A stretch of 64,000 nt of DNA, from assembly GCA_000004985.1 (NCBI GenBank), contig GG738896.1, one strand, 5' to 3'. A program made the translations under genes and the position numbers. Shown in pieces: positions 54,104 to 64,000 of this stretch. Positions within the stretch are counted from its first letter, which is position 1; every line of letters begins with the position of its first letter. Below the pieces are notes generated by a model. That model did not search any database and had not been told where the DNA came from. It saw only the letters and a program-made list of their open reading frames with translations. Source of the stretch: Naegleria gruberi (lineage: Eukaryota).

Positions 54104-56778
54104 ATGAAGAGAAACATATTACCAAATGTACTTCACTTTCTTCAAAAACAATCAGAGGGCAAGATGTTGTTAACAAATAAGTCCAACAACAAAACTTTTA
54201 ATTCAAATACTTCTTCTCTCAATTTCAGTAATTGGACCTCAGAACAAGTAGCAAAATGTCTTTCCAAACCTAAGGAAGAAGGTGGTATTGGTTTGTCTGA
54301 GAACCAATATGCTCCACTCATTAAGGCAAATATTGACGGACTTGTTCTTGATATTATTTACTCATCAGCTGATGCTAACAAAAGACAAAACATTCTTCCA
54401 AAATTTGGTGTAGAAATTACACCAGAAATTAAACAAGCCTTACCCATTATCATGAATTGGTTGAAATCTTACTCTCAAGAATCCTACTTACAAAGGATCA
54501 ACAAGGCAGAAAATATCTTTGGAGTTCTGAATATTTCTTTCGAATGGCAAGGCAATGGTTTAGAGAAAATACGACCTCCTTTTGTTGGCAGATATGAAGC
54601 AATTTTAGAAACCATAGAAACAATTTTCAAGCTTGGAACATATGAAAAACCCAAAATGTCACTTATTTCAACCACCATGGGAATGGGTAAATCTTCTTTT
54701 CTTTTTGAATGCATTAGTCAATTTCTAACTAGTAAGTTTTATATTTATTTTTCAACTTCTAATCTTTCCAGACCATAAGTTAATTAATAGCTTCTTATTT
54801 CAAACACCAATTAATGCAAATATTAATACTAGTAATCTGAAAAGGCAATTAGAGGTGTTTAATTCACCTGAATGCTACTTACGTGCTGATTTTGTTAACA
54901 AATTGAACAGGGCTTTTAAAATTAGACACATAATTCCTTTTAAGTGCAATACAAAACGAGTGGATGTGAATGGTTGTAAGTATCGAATTTTTTACTATTA
55001 GAAATATTATTTCAAAAGTGTTTCGTGAAATAGTGTTGGGGCAATTAGAATGCCTTTTTTTAAATGTTGCTATTAGAATTAACAAAAAAAAAGATTTAGT
55101 AATTTTCAACACGATGGATGAATTATTGGGTAATAATACACACAAATCTACTGCAAACTTAATACAGAAATTCTCGGAATTGGTGCAACTTAATGCACCT
55201 TTTGTAGCAGATATATTTGATATTCCCTATAAATATCAAACTCATCCATTACCTTTGATAATATTGGTAGATTCATTCCATAATATCAATATGGACACAA
55301 GTTCAAGAGGTTCTTTATACAAACTTGGCCAACAATTTTTTACAACTAATTTAGAAGTTTTAAACTTGGATAAGAATATATCTTTGTCTCTCATAATTAC
55401 AGCAAACTCATTACCAAATCAGTTCGTCTCTAAAGATAATACAATATTTTCTCTTAAAGTTATTAATTTGGAGTTATTATTTGGGGTAAATATATTTCAA
55501 CAAATTACAAACGATTTATTTTTGGCAAGCCTTAATAGAAAAATATTTGAGGAATTTGGAAGTTATTATTTTGCTGAAAACAATAATTACCTTTCTCCAT
55601 ATCTCTCAAAAATCATTATATCAATTTTAATCATGTGTAGTGGTAATGGAAGGGCAATAGAAATAATGTATAGAAAATGTGGTCAAGATATTAAAAATTT
55701 AGTTACAAAGGAATTGGCAATGGATATAACAACAAGGTTTGCTATTACCTATAATGCAGAGTACTTATTGATTTTACAAAAATGCAAAGAAGTGATTGTA
55801 GAATTTGTGACACATTTTGCAGAAAAAACCTTAGAACATTGTAATGATCGCTCCAAAAAGTATTTCAAGGTATTCAGAATAATGGGTATTACAACATCAC
55901 CAAATCATTTATTATTTCCCTATCACTTTAATTCAAACCAGAACTTGACTGTTGAAGAATTACAAAGACTTGGATTGCTAGTTAAAATTGGTGTTGATGA
56001 AAAGAAAAGCAATGCAAGTTATGTGGGATCTTTTATGATGCTTGATACTTTAGATTCAAACAAAGAGATAATTGAACTGAAGAATTTAACAGAAGTATCA
56101 AATAGTGATTATTATTATTTACCAATATATTACAATGATCTTTTAACACCTTTTGCAGATCTTGGGAAATTTAAAAACCAAGGTGACCGATTTGAAAAAA
56201 CAGTAGCTTCTTCAATATGGGCTAGGTATTACTTGGGCTGTATGGAATCTAACATACCAATTGGGTCAAGCATTCCAATTACAAAGATTCTCCCTTCTAA
56301 CATGATACCTGATAATTGCTTACAAGGTTCGGTTTCTCTTAAAGGAGTGATAAAATTACACAAACCATTTACTGTGGAGTCAGATATTAACGGTCTTCCT
56401 TTTGATCGAGTGATCTTAAATTCTGACCAAACCGTATTCTCTGACATTATTTTACCTTTAACCGTTAATGGAGAACAAAGATTCATTGGTATTCAAGTTT
56501 GTTATGTAAAATCAAAAAGAACACAACCTAAGCCCTTAAAAATTGTAAGCAACATGAAACAAGTGTTGAATTATTCTTCTTTTTCGTACCTATTTATTTC
56601 CACTTACTTACCTCCAAGTATTCTTTTATTAGGTCAAGAAAAGGTAAAAAGGGTTAAGGATGGTCAATTTCTTTTTCAAAATAGACAAAAGTTTCAAACT
56701 GCCCTACCAGACAAACTTGTATCCTATTGGTGGAGCCAATTGATGTTCAAGTATTATCCTGAATTTTATGAAAATTAG
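54104..56778 (+). CDS. SAM domain + P-loop NTPase (STAND/NACHT-like) protein; split by at least one intron (tentative exons 54104..54731, 54772..54975, 55019..56778)
   Basis: SAM: FSNWTSEQVAKCLSKPKEEGGIGLSENQYAPLIKANIDGLVLDI. Walker A at the end of ORF1 (LISTTMGMGKSSFLFECISQFLT), then donor gtaagt. Walker B hhhhD in ORF2 (PLPLIILVDSFHN). Frame 0 stays open for 76 codons between 54772 and 54999, which suggests an intervening exon. The exact junctions are uncertain. Confidence 0.45.
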
Positions 56779-56888
56779 TCTCGTCTTTGGATAGAAGATT
56801 CCATAGTGGACAAATTAGTTGAAGTAACATTAGTTTGTACTGTATGACTTTTTCACAAGGAAGCAAAGAATGTAAAGATTGAATAAAT

Positions 56889-58143
56889 TTATTCCTCAAT
56901 GGCACGAACAATAAATTCCTCCACAAATTCGAAAAATGATAAACTACCATCTAGTTCAAAAGGATTTTCATGATCAAAATCTCCTGTAAATGGATCCTTA
57001 TCAGAGCTACCTGAATCTCTAATAAAGGATTGGCCATTACCAGCTCCATCATTGTTAAATTGGAGTACCTCTTTCTCCATATCCTCACCTGAATCCATGG
57101 GTGTCAAGAATTCTGATCTGAAAATGCCAGACTCCCAAGAATCTAATCTTATTCCAAAAGTTGTTAACCCATTGTTAACAGTATAGAATTTTGCTAACGA
57201 GGTTGGAATTTTTCCCCAACCATCAACTTCGAATTCTTCTGAATTCTTGAGTGGCGGTTCCGCAGAGAAGAATTCGAGCTTTTTTTCATTGAGAATATAG
57301 AGAAGATACCAAGTTTCGTCCTCACTCTTTTCTCTAGTTACATACAGTGATTTGACTTTTTCAACTAAAAGCTCAATAAGATCCGGTACCTCAGAGGCAA
57401 TTGGTTTCCAAATTTCCTCAATTATTTGTGGAACTGTCTTGCCTTTCAAATGGGACCAAGGTGAGTTGACTTGATCAATTGGAGCCAAAACTGAAACCTT
57501 TTGAAAAAAAGAAGGTTCCAAGAGGTATGGTTTCTTTTCAAATTCAGCCAATGAACAATCCCTCATCCTAGATGTGCTGCTAATTTCCTTTGCCTGATCC
57601 TGCCATACAGAACGAACACTCTTATCTCCAACAAATGTTTGCAAAGCTTGTTTGCCATACTTGGTGATATAGAGATTCTTCCACACACTTTCTTCACTTG
57701 CAATCTTGTTGAATGATTTACAAGTTGTTCCAAACTTTGAAACATCGGAAGGTGTGAGATATTGTGAAATATGTGAAAAGATAAATTCAGTTTCCAAGAT
57801 TGATTTGGCTTCACTAGTGAGAGGAGGCCATTTCTTTTCCTCTACAATTGGTTTCCTCTTCTTTCTTGGATTTTCGTATTCTTCTTGTTTTGCCAACTCC
57901 TCCAATCTTTTCTTTGTATTCTCCTCTTCAATCTTTTTCACCTTCTCCTCATGAGCTTTCTTCCACTGATCAAAATCATCAGTGGTGACTTGATCGGATG
58001 GCAACTTTTTAAAACATTGTGAACAATATCCTAAAGTTACACAACAACAACAACAATACGTGATCAATGATTATTGTGAATGACAACAAACCCTTGTTAG
58101 CTTCAGAACCAAAAAAACCACAACCTCCTCTGCAATTACTCAT
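56889..58143 (-). CDS. A20-type zinc finger + F-box protein; 2 exons (about 58143..58092, 58030..56889)
   Basis: The ORF track starts at a TTG and has no in-frame ATG for more than 150 codons. An upstream exon, aaaaaaaATGAGTAATTGCAGAGGAGGTTGTGGTTTTTTTGGTTCTGAAGCTAACAAGG|gtttgt.., joins through ..ttgttgtgtaactttag|GATATTGTTCACAATGTTTTAAAAAG. The product MSNCRGGCGFFGSEANKGGYCSQCFKK matches the A20 finger consensus CxxGCGFxG..CSxCyk. The F-box is ISQYLTPSDVSKFGTTCKSFNKIASEESVWKNLY. Confidence 0.55.
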
Positions 58144-58455
58144 TTTTTTTAATTTTTGATTATATTTAAAACTCTTTGATGGCGGGAAACTGATATTGTA
58201 ATCATGGTATGTAAATCCTGTTAATGGAGGAATATTTAAAATATTACAATAACAAAAGCTGATAATGATTCATAATGAAACTGACTTATTTAGAGTTTGA
58301 TGATACATTGTAAAGTGCATCAAATCTTTTAGTATGAAAAGAATTTAGTGAGCCAGTTCTTTCACTACACTTGCAAAAATTTTATATTCTTGGAAAGTAA
58401 GATGACAGTCCTGATATGAAATTCAACAAGCTCAAAAAAAACTCGACTATTTAAT

Positions 58456-59729
58456 TTAGAAAGTATCAATATCAACAGCCTTCAAAGTTTGACATTCTTC
58501 TCTCAAATCACTGAACAAGACAGTACTCAAGTAACGTTCACCAAAGCTAGGAATGATGGCAACAATCAATTTACCTTCATTTTCTGGTCGTTTAGCAACT
58601 TCCAATGCAGCATAAATAGCAGCACCAGAACTGATACCAACAAACAAACCTTCCTTCAATGCAGCTTCCTTAGCAAATTTAACAGCATTGTCAGAGTGAA
58701 CCTTAAAGATTTCATCAATGAGGGATGTATCCAAAGTGTTTGGAATGAATCCAGCACCAATACCTTGAATCTTGTGTGGGCTTGGGGTATTTCCACTAAT
58801 GACAGCACTTTCTTCTGGTTCAAGAACAATACCTCTAACCTTTGCACGACCTTCCTTTTCAGTTTGTTCATTGAAATACTTCATACATCCTGAAAAGGTA
58901 CCACCTGTACCGGCTCCACTGACGAAAATATCAATTTTGCCATCAGTATCTCTGTAAATTTCTGGACCAGTTGTATTGTAGTGAATCAATGGATTAGCTG
59001 GATTATCAAATTGACCCAAAATGAATGAATTTTCAGTTCTTTGGGCAAGCTTTTCAGCAACAGCAACAGCTCCCTTCATACCCTTGGCAGCAGGAGTCAA
59101 AATCAACTTGGCACCAAGTGATCTCAAGACAACTCTTCTTTCAATACTCATAGAATCAGGCATGATAATAGTACACTATTTTTACACAGCATTTCACATG
59201 TGGTTAACAATTTGTTCAAACACAAACAGCTAATGTTAGTGTGATTAATTCTAAACACTACACATACCTCATATCCCTTGCTAGCAGCAATAAAAGCAAT
59301 ACCAATACCAGTATTACCAGATGTTGGTTCAATCAAGACAGTTTTTCCAGGTTGAATTTTTCCTTCCTTTTCGGCGACTTCAATCATTGACAAGGCAATT
59401 CTGTCTGTTAATAATAATATAAAGGATTCCAATTTGTACAACAGCAGTACAAGGATGAACATTGAATCAATCCATAGATCAATTTTTAATTCATCATCAT
59501 CATCAAATTGAAATAGGAAATTAATTCCATCATCATGATCATCAATTGAAAACTATTAAAAACAATATGATCATCATCAGAATAACATACCCTTGACACT
59601 GCTCATTGGTTCCAAAGATTCCAACTTTAATGCAATCTTGGCTACAGCACCATGTTCCGCAGTGAGTTTATTCAAATATAAGAGTGGTGTGTTACCAATC
59701 AATTCAGTGATGGAATTAGCAATCTTCAT
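58456..59729 (-). CDS. Cysteine synthase / O-acetylserine sulfhydrylase (PLP-dependent, CysK family); 3 exons (about 59729..59591, 59404..59268, 59175..58456)
   Basis: [35 protein letters not shown]|[45 protein letters not shown]|[27 protein letters not shown].. aligns end-to-end with bacterial CysK ([51 protein letters not shown]). Introns are gtatgt..aacag (about 186 nt) and gtatgt..aaatag (about 92 nt). The assembled product is about 331 aa. Confidence 0.8.
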
Positions 59730-59947
59730 CGTGTTTTTGAAATATGATACAAAAGGTGTGAGTTGTTTTTTTTTGATTTTTCTTGATCATTTCACGGATT
59801 CCAGGTATTTTTAGTGTGAAAGTTTCCAGGTCATGTTCATCAATCAATGAAATCAAGGTTGGAAGTTTCTAATATCACCGTGCTCAATGGGTGGAATAAT
59901 TAAATGGGGAATTTTATTAAGAGTGTGTGGAATGGTTTTAACACAGG

Positions 59948-61352
59948 TTAAGGAAAATCATATTCAAAGACAACATCTGACAAACTGGAAGATTGAAGGG
60001 ATTTGAAAAGGAGAGATTTCAATCTTTTTTCTGCTTCCAATTTAGTGTAATGATTCGAAAAGATGATGGCTGTTGAATATTGACCTGCTGCCACGAGTGA
60101 TAGATTGGCGGTGTGTTCAATAACTAGCTCTCTATTGACACCAGGGGATCTTGGAATCATATCGTCATCATTAAAACCACATTGTGCACAATCATTGACA
60201 CCGAGAGGATAAAACTTTTTGTCATCAATTACCAAAATGCAATGATAGTATCCAGCACTGATTCTTGAAACATTTTCCAATTTGATTTTCTTTGCATTTG
60301 GGTAATTTGATAATTTTTCCACATCTGTTTCAGGAAGCAAGAATCTAGTACCAAATACGTAAACTGTTCCATCTTTTGTCAAAATTAGAGAAAAGTCATA
60401 ACCAAGTGCAATGTCCTTAATATCTGGTACGAAAGGTAGCTTATTTTCTGTTATTGTGAAAATATTATTGGTGTGGGTGAGACCTAGTTGGTTATCTTCA
60501 TTCCATCCCTAAGTCAAGAAAATGGTCAATCTCATCAAATTATGATCTACTTACACAGACGAACAATTTAGTCTCCATTTCCATTGTTTTAACTAGGTAA
60601 TAGACGTGAGAATATCCTGTAAAAATCTTTTCAATTGTCAGATTTCTTTCACTAAAAAATGTTTCCTTCCTTGGCACTTGCTTATCACTTTTGGTCGAAA
60701 GCTCTCCTCTATAACTCCATCCAAAGACAATCAAGTTGTTAAAATTGGTCTTGCAAATAGTACCTTGTCCTAAACAGTGTACAGAAACAATTTTTTCATA
60801 TTGATCCAAATGATGTTCCACCTCGATTCTGTAACATTTTACATTATAGAACTGACTAAACATTCTAGATACCATATCTTCCATATTTACAGCTTCATGT
60901 GAAACACCTAGTCTGCAGTTTCCATTTGTACCGAATCCATAGAGCATATTCTCATTCTTTGTTAAAAACACACAATGTGAAAAACCAATAGCTACATCGA
61001 TAACATTTTTCTTCAAAATGTAAATATCATTACTGATATTCTCAAAATGAGTATGTGGAATAGGCTTCTTAGAGTCTGATCCTTTAGGTTCAGCACAAAT
61101 TTTACAAGCATTATAGGTAGATGGATTGTTGTTTCTATAATCGTTCAGAGTAATGATTAAATTATTTTCATATGTTATAAAGGCCAATCTATTTCCGCCC
61201 ATCTTCACAACTTTAATTCCTTCTTGTTCTAAATAATCATAATTTACAGTATTCTTAAAATTTAATTTGGTTGGTAGACATTTACTAGTCCTAACGTTCA
61301 ATCCCAATTGTTCATTTTCATTTCTTCCGAAAATAACAAATTCAATATTCAT
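59948..61352 (-). CDS. RCC1-like repeat (RLD) protein; 2 exons (about 61352..60555, 60508..59948)
   Basis: RCC1 repeat signatures: IFGRNENEQLGL, GFGTNGNCRLGV, FGWSYRGELS, GWNEDNQLGL. A 46-nt intron (gtaagt..acttag) joins ..KLFVC|GWNEDNQLGLTHTNNIFT..ILTKDGTVYVFG in frame. Confidence 0.65.
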
Positions 61353-61597
61353 TTCCCTATGATTATTATATTATTTTTGATATTGATCAATAATTATTTT
61401 AAATAAATTGATGATGACGTGATGATAGGTTTCTCTCAAATGACGCTATTTTTTTTGTTGTTGTTATAAATAGATTGATGAATAACAATTTGGGATTTTC
61501 GTGGAATTCAAGATTGGGAAATTGAATGATTAGCTAATAATTCGAATAGAGCTTTTCGAATAAATTTACTTTATTTACAGTATCTGTAGATAGATAA

Positions 61598-63124
61598 TTA
61601 ATGATAGGTGGATTGTTGAGTGTTGACAATGTTTCTAACACATTGTTCGATACTATCGACGAATATATTCAAATCTCTTTCATGAATATTGAAGGGTGGA
61701 GTGATGAGAACAACTCTATCATTTTGTCTGGAATAATCTACGAGAATGTGATAACAGGTTGCCAATTCTTCATGGATTCTCTTGGCACTTACATGTTCAT
61801 CGAAAATCAATCCAAGCATGAAACCCATTCCACTAACTTCCTTGAAATGTGGAATGCCCTGAAGTCTTTGAACGAGTGTGGATTTGAGTTGAGTTCCCAT
61901 CACTGCAGCTCTCTGTACAAGATTTTCATCGAACATAATCTCTAAATTCTTCATTACAATTTCACAACATACTGGATGTCCAGAGAAGGTAAATTCATGA
62001 AGGAATGGATGTTCAATATTTGCCTTGAAGAGAACTTGACATAGGTGTCTTGCTAGCATCATTCCTCCCAATGGAAGATAGCCACTAGTGACTCCCTTTC
62101 CAAAAACAACAATATCTGGCTCAATTCCATAATGAGAGAGACCAAACCATTTACCAGTTTTACCAAATCCTGTCATGACTTCATCTGCAATGAGTAGAAC
62201 ACCATACTTGTCACAAATTCTTCTGGCTAATGGGAAGAAATCCTTATGTGGTTCAAGAGCTCCATTCACTCCTTGAATTGGTTCTGCAATGAATGCTGCA
62301 ATATTTTCTGGACCTTCAAGTTTGATGAGATTTTCCAATTGTTCAGCAATGAAGAAACCATTATTTGCATGTTGAGTGTGTTTCTGGAAGGAATTAACAA
62401 TAAAATCATGAGGGAAATCAATACTCAAAAAGATGCTATCCTTTGAGAAACGATCGGTTGGGCCTTTGAGATTCTGATAACCATACTCATCCTTTCCAAC
62501 TTGCTCATTGAGTGAAGAGCTGACGAAAGTGGAGCCATGATAGCAATTTCTGAATGAGATAATCTTCTTCTTTGTTTGACTATTATTTAACAAGGACCAG
62601 TATCTCTCAGCAAGGTGGATTGAAGCTTCCACTGCCTCACTTCCACCAGATGTGAAATAAACCCTCTCCATGGACGGATACTCATGTTTGGTAATGGATA
62701 CTAACTTTTCAGCACACTTGATAGCACTTGAATGAGAATAATTGTAAATATTGGGAGCAAATTCCATTGTTTTCATTTGGTTGTAAGCAACTTGAGCCAT
62801 TTCTTCTCTACCATGACCAATATGACACGTGTGTAATCCACCAATCATGTCTAAATATTGAACATTGTTAACATCCCAATAGTAAGAGTCCTTTGCTTTT
62901 TGGAAGACGATTGAGTGGACACTACTTCCCAATTCATGATTAGAATGAATGAGAGAACGATTGTCACGGAAAACCCACTCCTCTCTGGATGGAGATTCTT
63001 CAGAACTGGATGGAAAGTTTGCAGTTGATTCCAAGAATGAAGAAGGAGCTGTTAAATCAGTGGAGAGTGGAGGTTTAAGTTGGTCCTGTATTGGATTTTG
63101 TTGATATAATTTGCTTTCGACCAT
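61598..63124 (-). CDS. Class-III (omega) aminotransferase, PLP-dependent
   Basis: Signature LIADEVMTGFGKTGKWFGLSHYG (class-III D-E-V-x-T-G-F-G-R/K-T-G). GGLHTCHIGHG N-terminal motif. 508 aa in one exon. Confidence 0.8.
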   Translation of the reverse strand: MVESKLYQQNPIQDQLKPPLSTDLTAPSSFLESTANFPSSSEESPSREEWVFRDNRSLIHSNHELGSSVHSIVFQKAKDSYYWDVNNVQYLDMIGGLHTCHIGHGREEMAQVAYNQMKTMEFAPNIYNYSHSSAIKCAEKLVSITKHEYPSMERVYFTSGGSEAVEASIHLAERYWSLLNNSQTKKKIISFRNCYHGSTFVSSSLNEQVGKDEYGYQNLKGPTDRFSKDSIFLSIDFPHDFIVNSFQKHTQHANNGFFIAEQLENLIKLEGPENIAAFIAEPIQGVNGALEPHKDFFPLARRICDKYGVLLIADEVMTGFGKTGKWFGLSHYGIEPDIVVFGKGVTSGYLPLGGMMLARHLCQVLFKANIEHPFLHEFTFSGHPVCCEIVMKNLEIMFDENLVQRAAVMGTQLKSTLVQRLQGIPHFKEVSGMGFMLGLIFDEHVSAKRIHEELATCYHILVDYSRQNDRVVLITPPFNIHERDLNIFVDSIEQCVRNIVNTQQSTYH

Positions 63125-63352
63125 TTTGTTTTGTCTTTGTTCAATGATGGTGTTCGAAACTGAAATGTTATCGAAACGAAAGTGTTTGGTTATTTAGTAT
63201 ATTTCCAAAATGGGAAAATTTCTTTCTTGAAATTTCTTTAGTAGTATTATGCTCCAGATAATTCAAGTCACAGTAAAAGGTTTCTAATAAAAACCATAAC
63301 ACATCTTAGTCTTAATCAAATTATTTGGGGTATATTTTCTTAATGAACATAA

Positions 63353-63426
63353 GCAGCGATAGATCAGTTGGTTAGATCGTAAGCCTAACACGCTTAAGGT
63401 CGCGGGTTCAAGCCCCGCTCACTGTA
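63353..63426 (+). tRNA. tRNA-Val (anticodon AAC)
   Basis: GCAGCGA TA GATC AGTTGGTTA GATC G TAAGC CTAACAC GCTTA AGGTC GCGGG TTCAAGC CCCGC TCACTGT A. The anticodon arm GCCTAACACGC..AAGGTC is the eukaryotic tRNA-Val-AAC signature. The acceptor stem has one C-A mismatch and a G1-U72 wobble. Confidence 0.75.
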
Positions 63427-63463
63427 TCCTTTTGCTTTTGAAAAATTCTTTATTTTTTTCCAT

Positions 63464-64000
63464 TTACAAGATAAAATCTGTTTCAGTCTTAATTAGATTC
63501 TTACTTCCTTCCCACAATTCCAGTTGCTTGGAAACTTCGTAGGACTCATCAGAGGATGGAATAATTTCATTTCCATCATAGTAAACACCATTCGAAACCT
63601 TATCTAATTGTGGATTCACCAAATCGGCCAAATATCTCGAGGAGTTTGCGATTGGTTTTCTATATTTCTTGCCTTCTCCCTCAACAATCATATTGAAAAG
63701 CTTTGGATCCAAATATCTTGCCAAACTATTTCATGTTTTAACAATTCGAAACCAAACTGAAATACTTACGAAGTTTCTGGCATAAATCCTGGATTGAAAC
63801 AATTGACACGAAAATGATTCTTAAATTCATCAGACTTATCCAATCTGTTTTTCAATTCGTAAGTAAATAAAATGTTACACAACTTTGATGTGGCATATCT
63901 GCTATCTCTTTTTGGAGTTTCTTGTGGTGGAATAATGAGCTTGTCAACTGGGCCATAGGTTGGTACTGGAACTGGAGTTCCATTCTTTGGGTCTTCTTTT
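63464..64000 (-). CDS. Short-chain dehydrogenase/reductase (SDR); 3' exons only, and the gene runs off the window end
   Basis: The upstream exon encodes ..YATSKLCNILFTYEL.. (YxxxK catalytic motif) and ..NCFNPGFMPET. A 44-nt intron (gtaagt..aaatag) joins it to the last exon ..SLARYLDPKLFNMIVEG..* in phase 2. Confidence 0.6.

Overview
This is a gene-dense nuclear window from an AT-rich (about one-third GC) unicellular eukaryote that uses the standard genetic code. It is not a prokaryotic locus: I found no operons, no CRISPR arrays and no defence islands.

Several features recur across the window. Introns are short (about 40-190 nt) and mostly GTAAGT/GTATGT...AG. Start codons sit in A-rich contexts (AAAAAAATG). 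Many proteins carry poly-N/Q/S tracts. F-box and LRR proteins are unusually frequent. There are two nuclear tRNA genes and one scaffold gap (an N-run) that ends on a GATC site.

The gene content (a bacterial-type glucokinase, cysteine synthase, a 7TM-RGS fusion, RCC1, RasGEF and F-box/LRR expansion) is compatible with a heterolobosean such as Naegleria or with an amoebozoan. I cannot fix the taxon from sequence alone.

I support about 35 protein-coding genes. Many are multi-exon, and I rebuilt their splice junctions by eye, so junction coordinates are approximate (+/-2 nt).

The supplied ORF track labels alternative TTG/GTG starts as M. I corrected several starts to the first in-frame ATG.

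The most notable items are:
- a giant single-exon receptor that fuses a bulb lectin, about 20 EGF modules, a GAIN/GPS autoproteolysis motif, seven TM helices and a C-terminal RGS domain;
- a homolog of the recently described human C12orf29-type 5'-3' RNA ligase (KxDGTCC motif);
- an intron-containing bacterial-type glucokinase;
- a RING/TRAF-BTB-pentapeptide-TLDc fusion protein;
- an A20-zinc-finger/F-box gene whose first exon the ORF track misses;
- a SAM plus STAND-like P-loop NTPase split across ORFs;
- a G8/beta-helix/EGF secreted protein in four exons.
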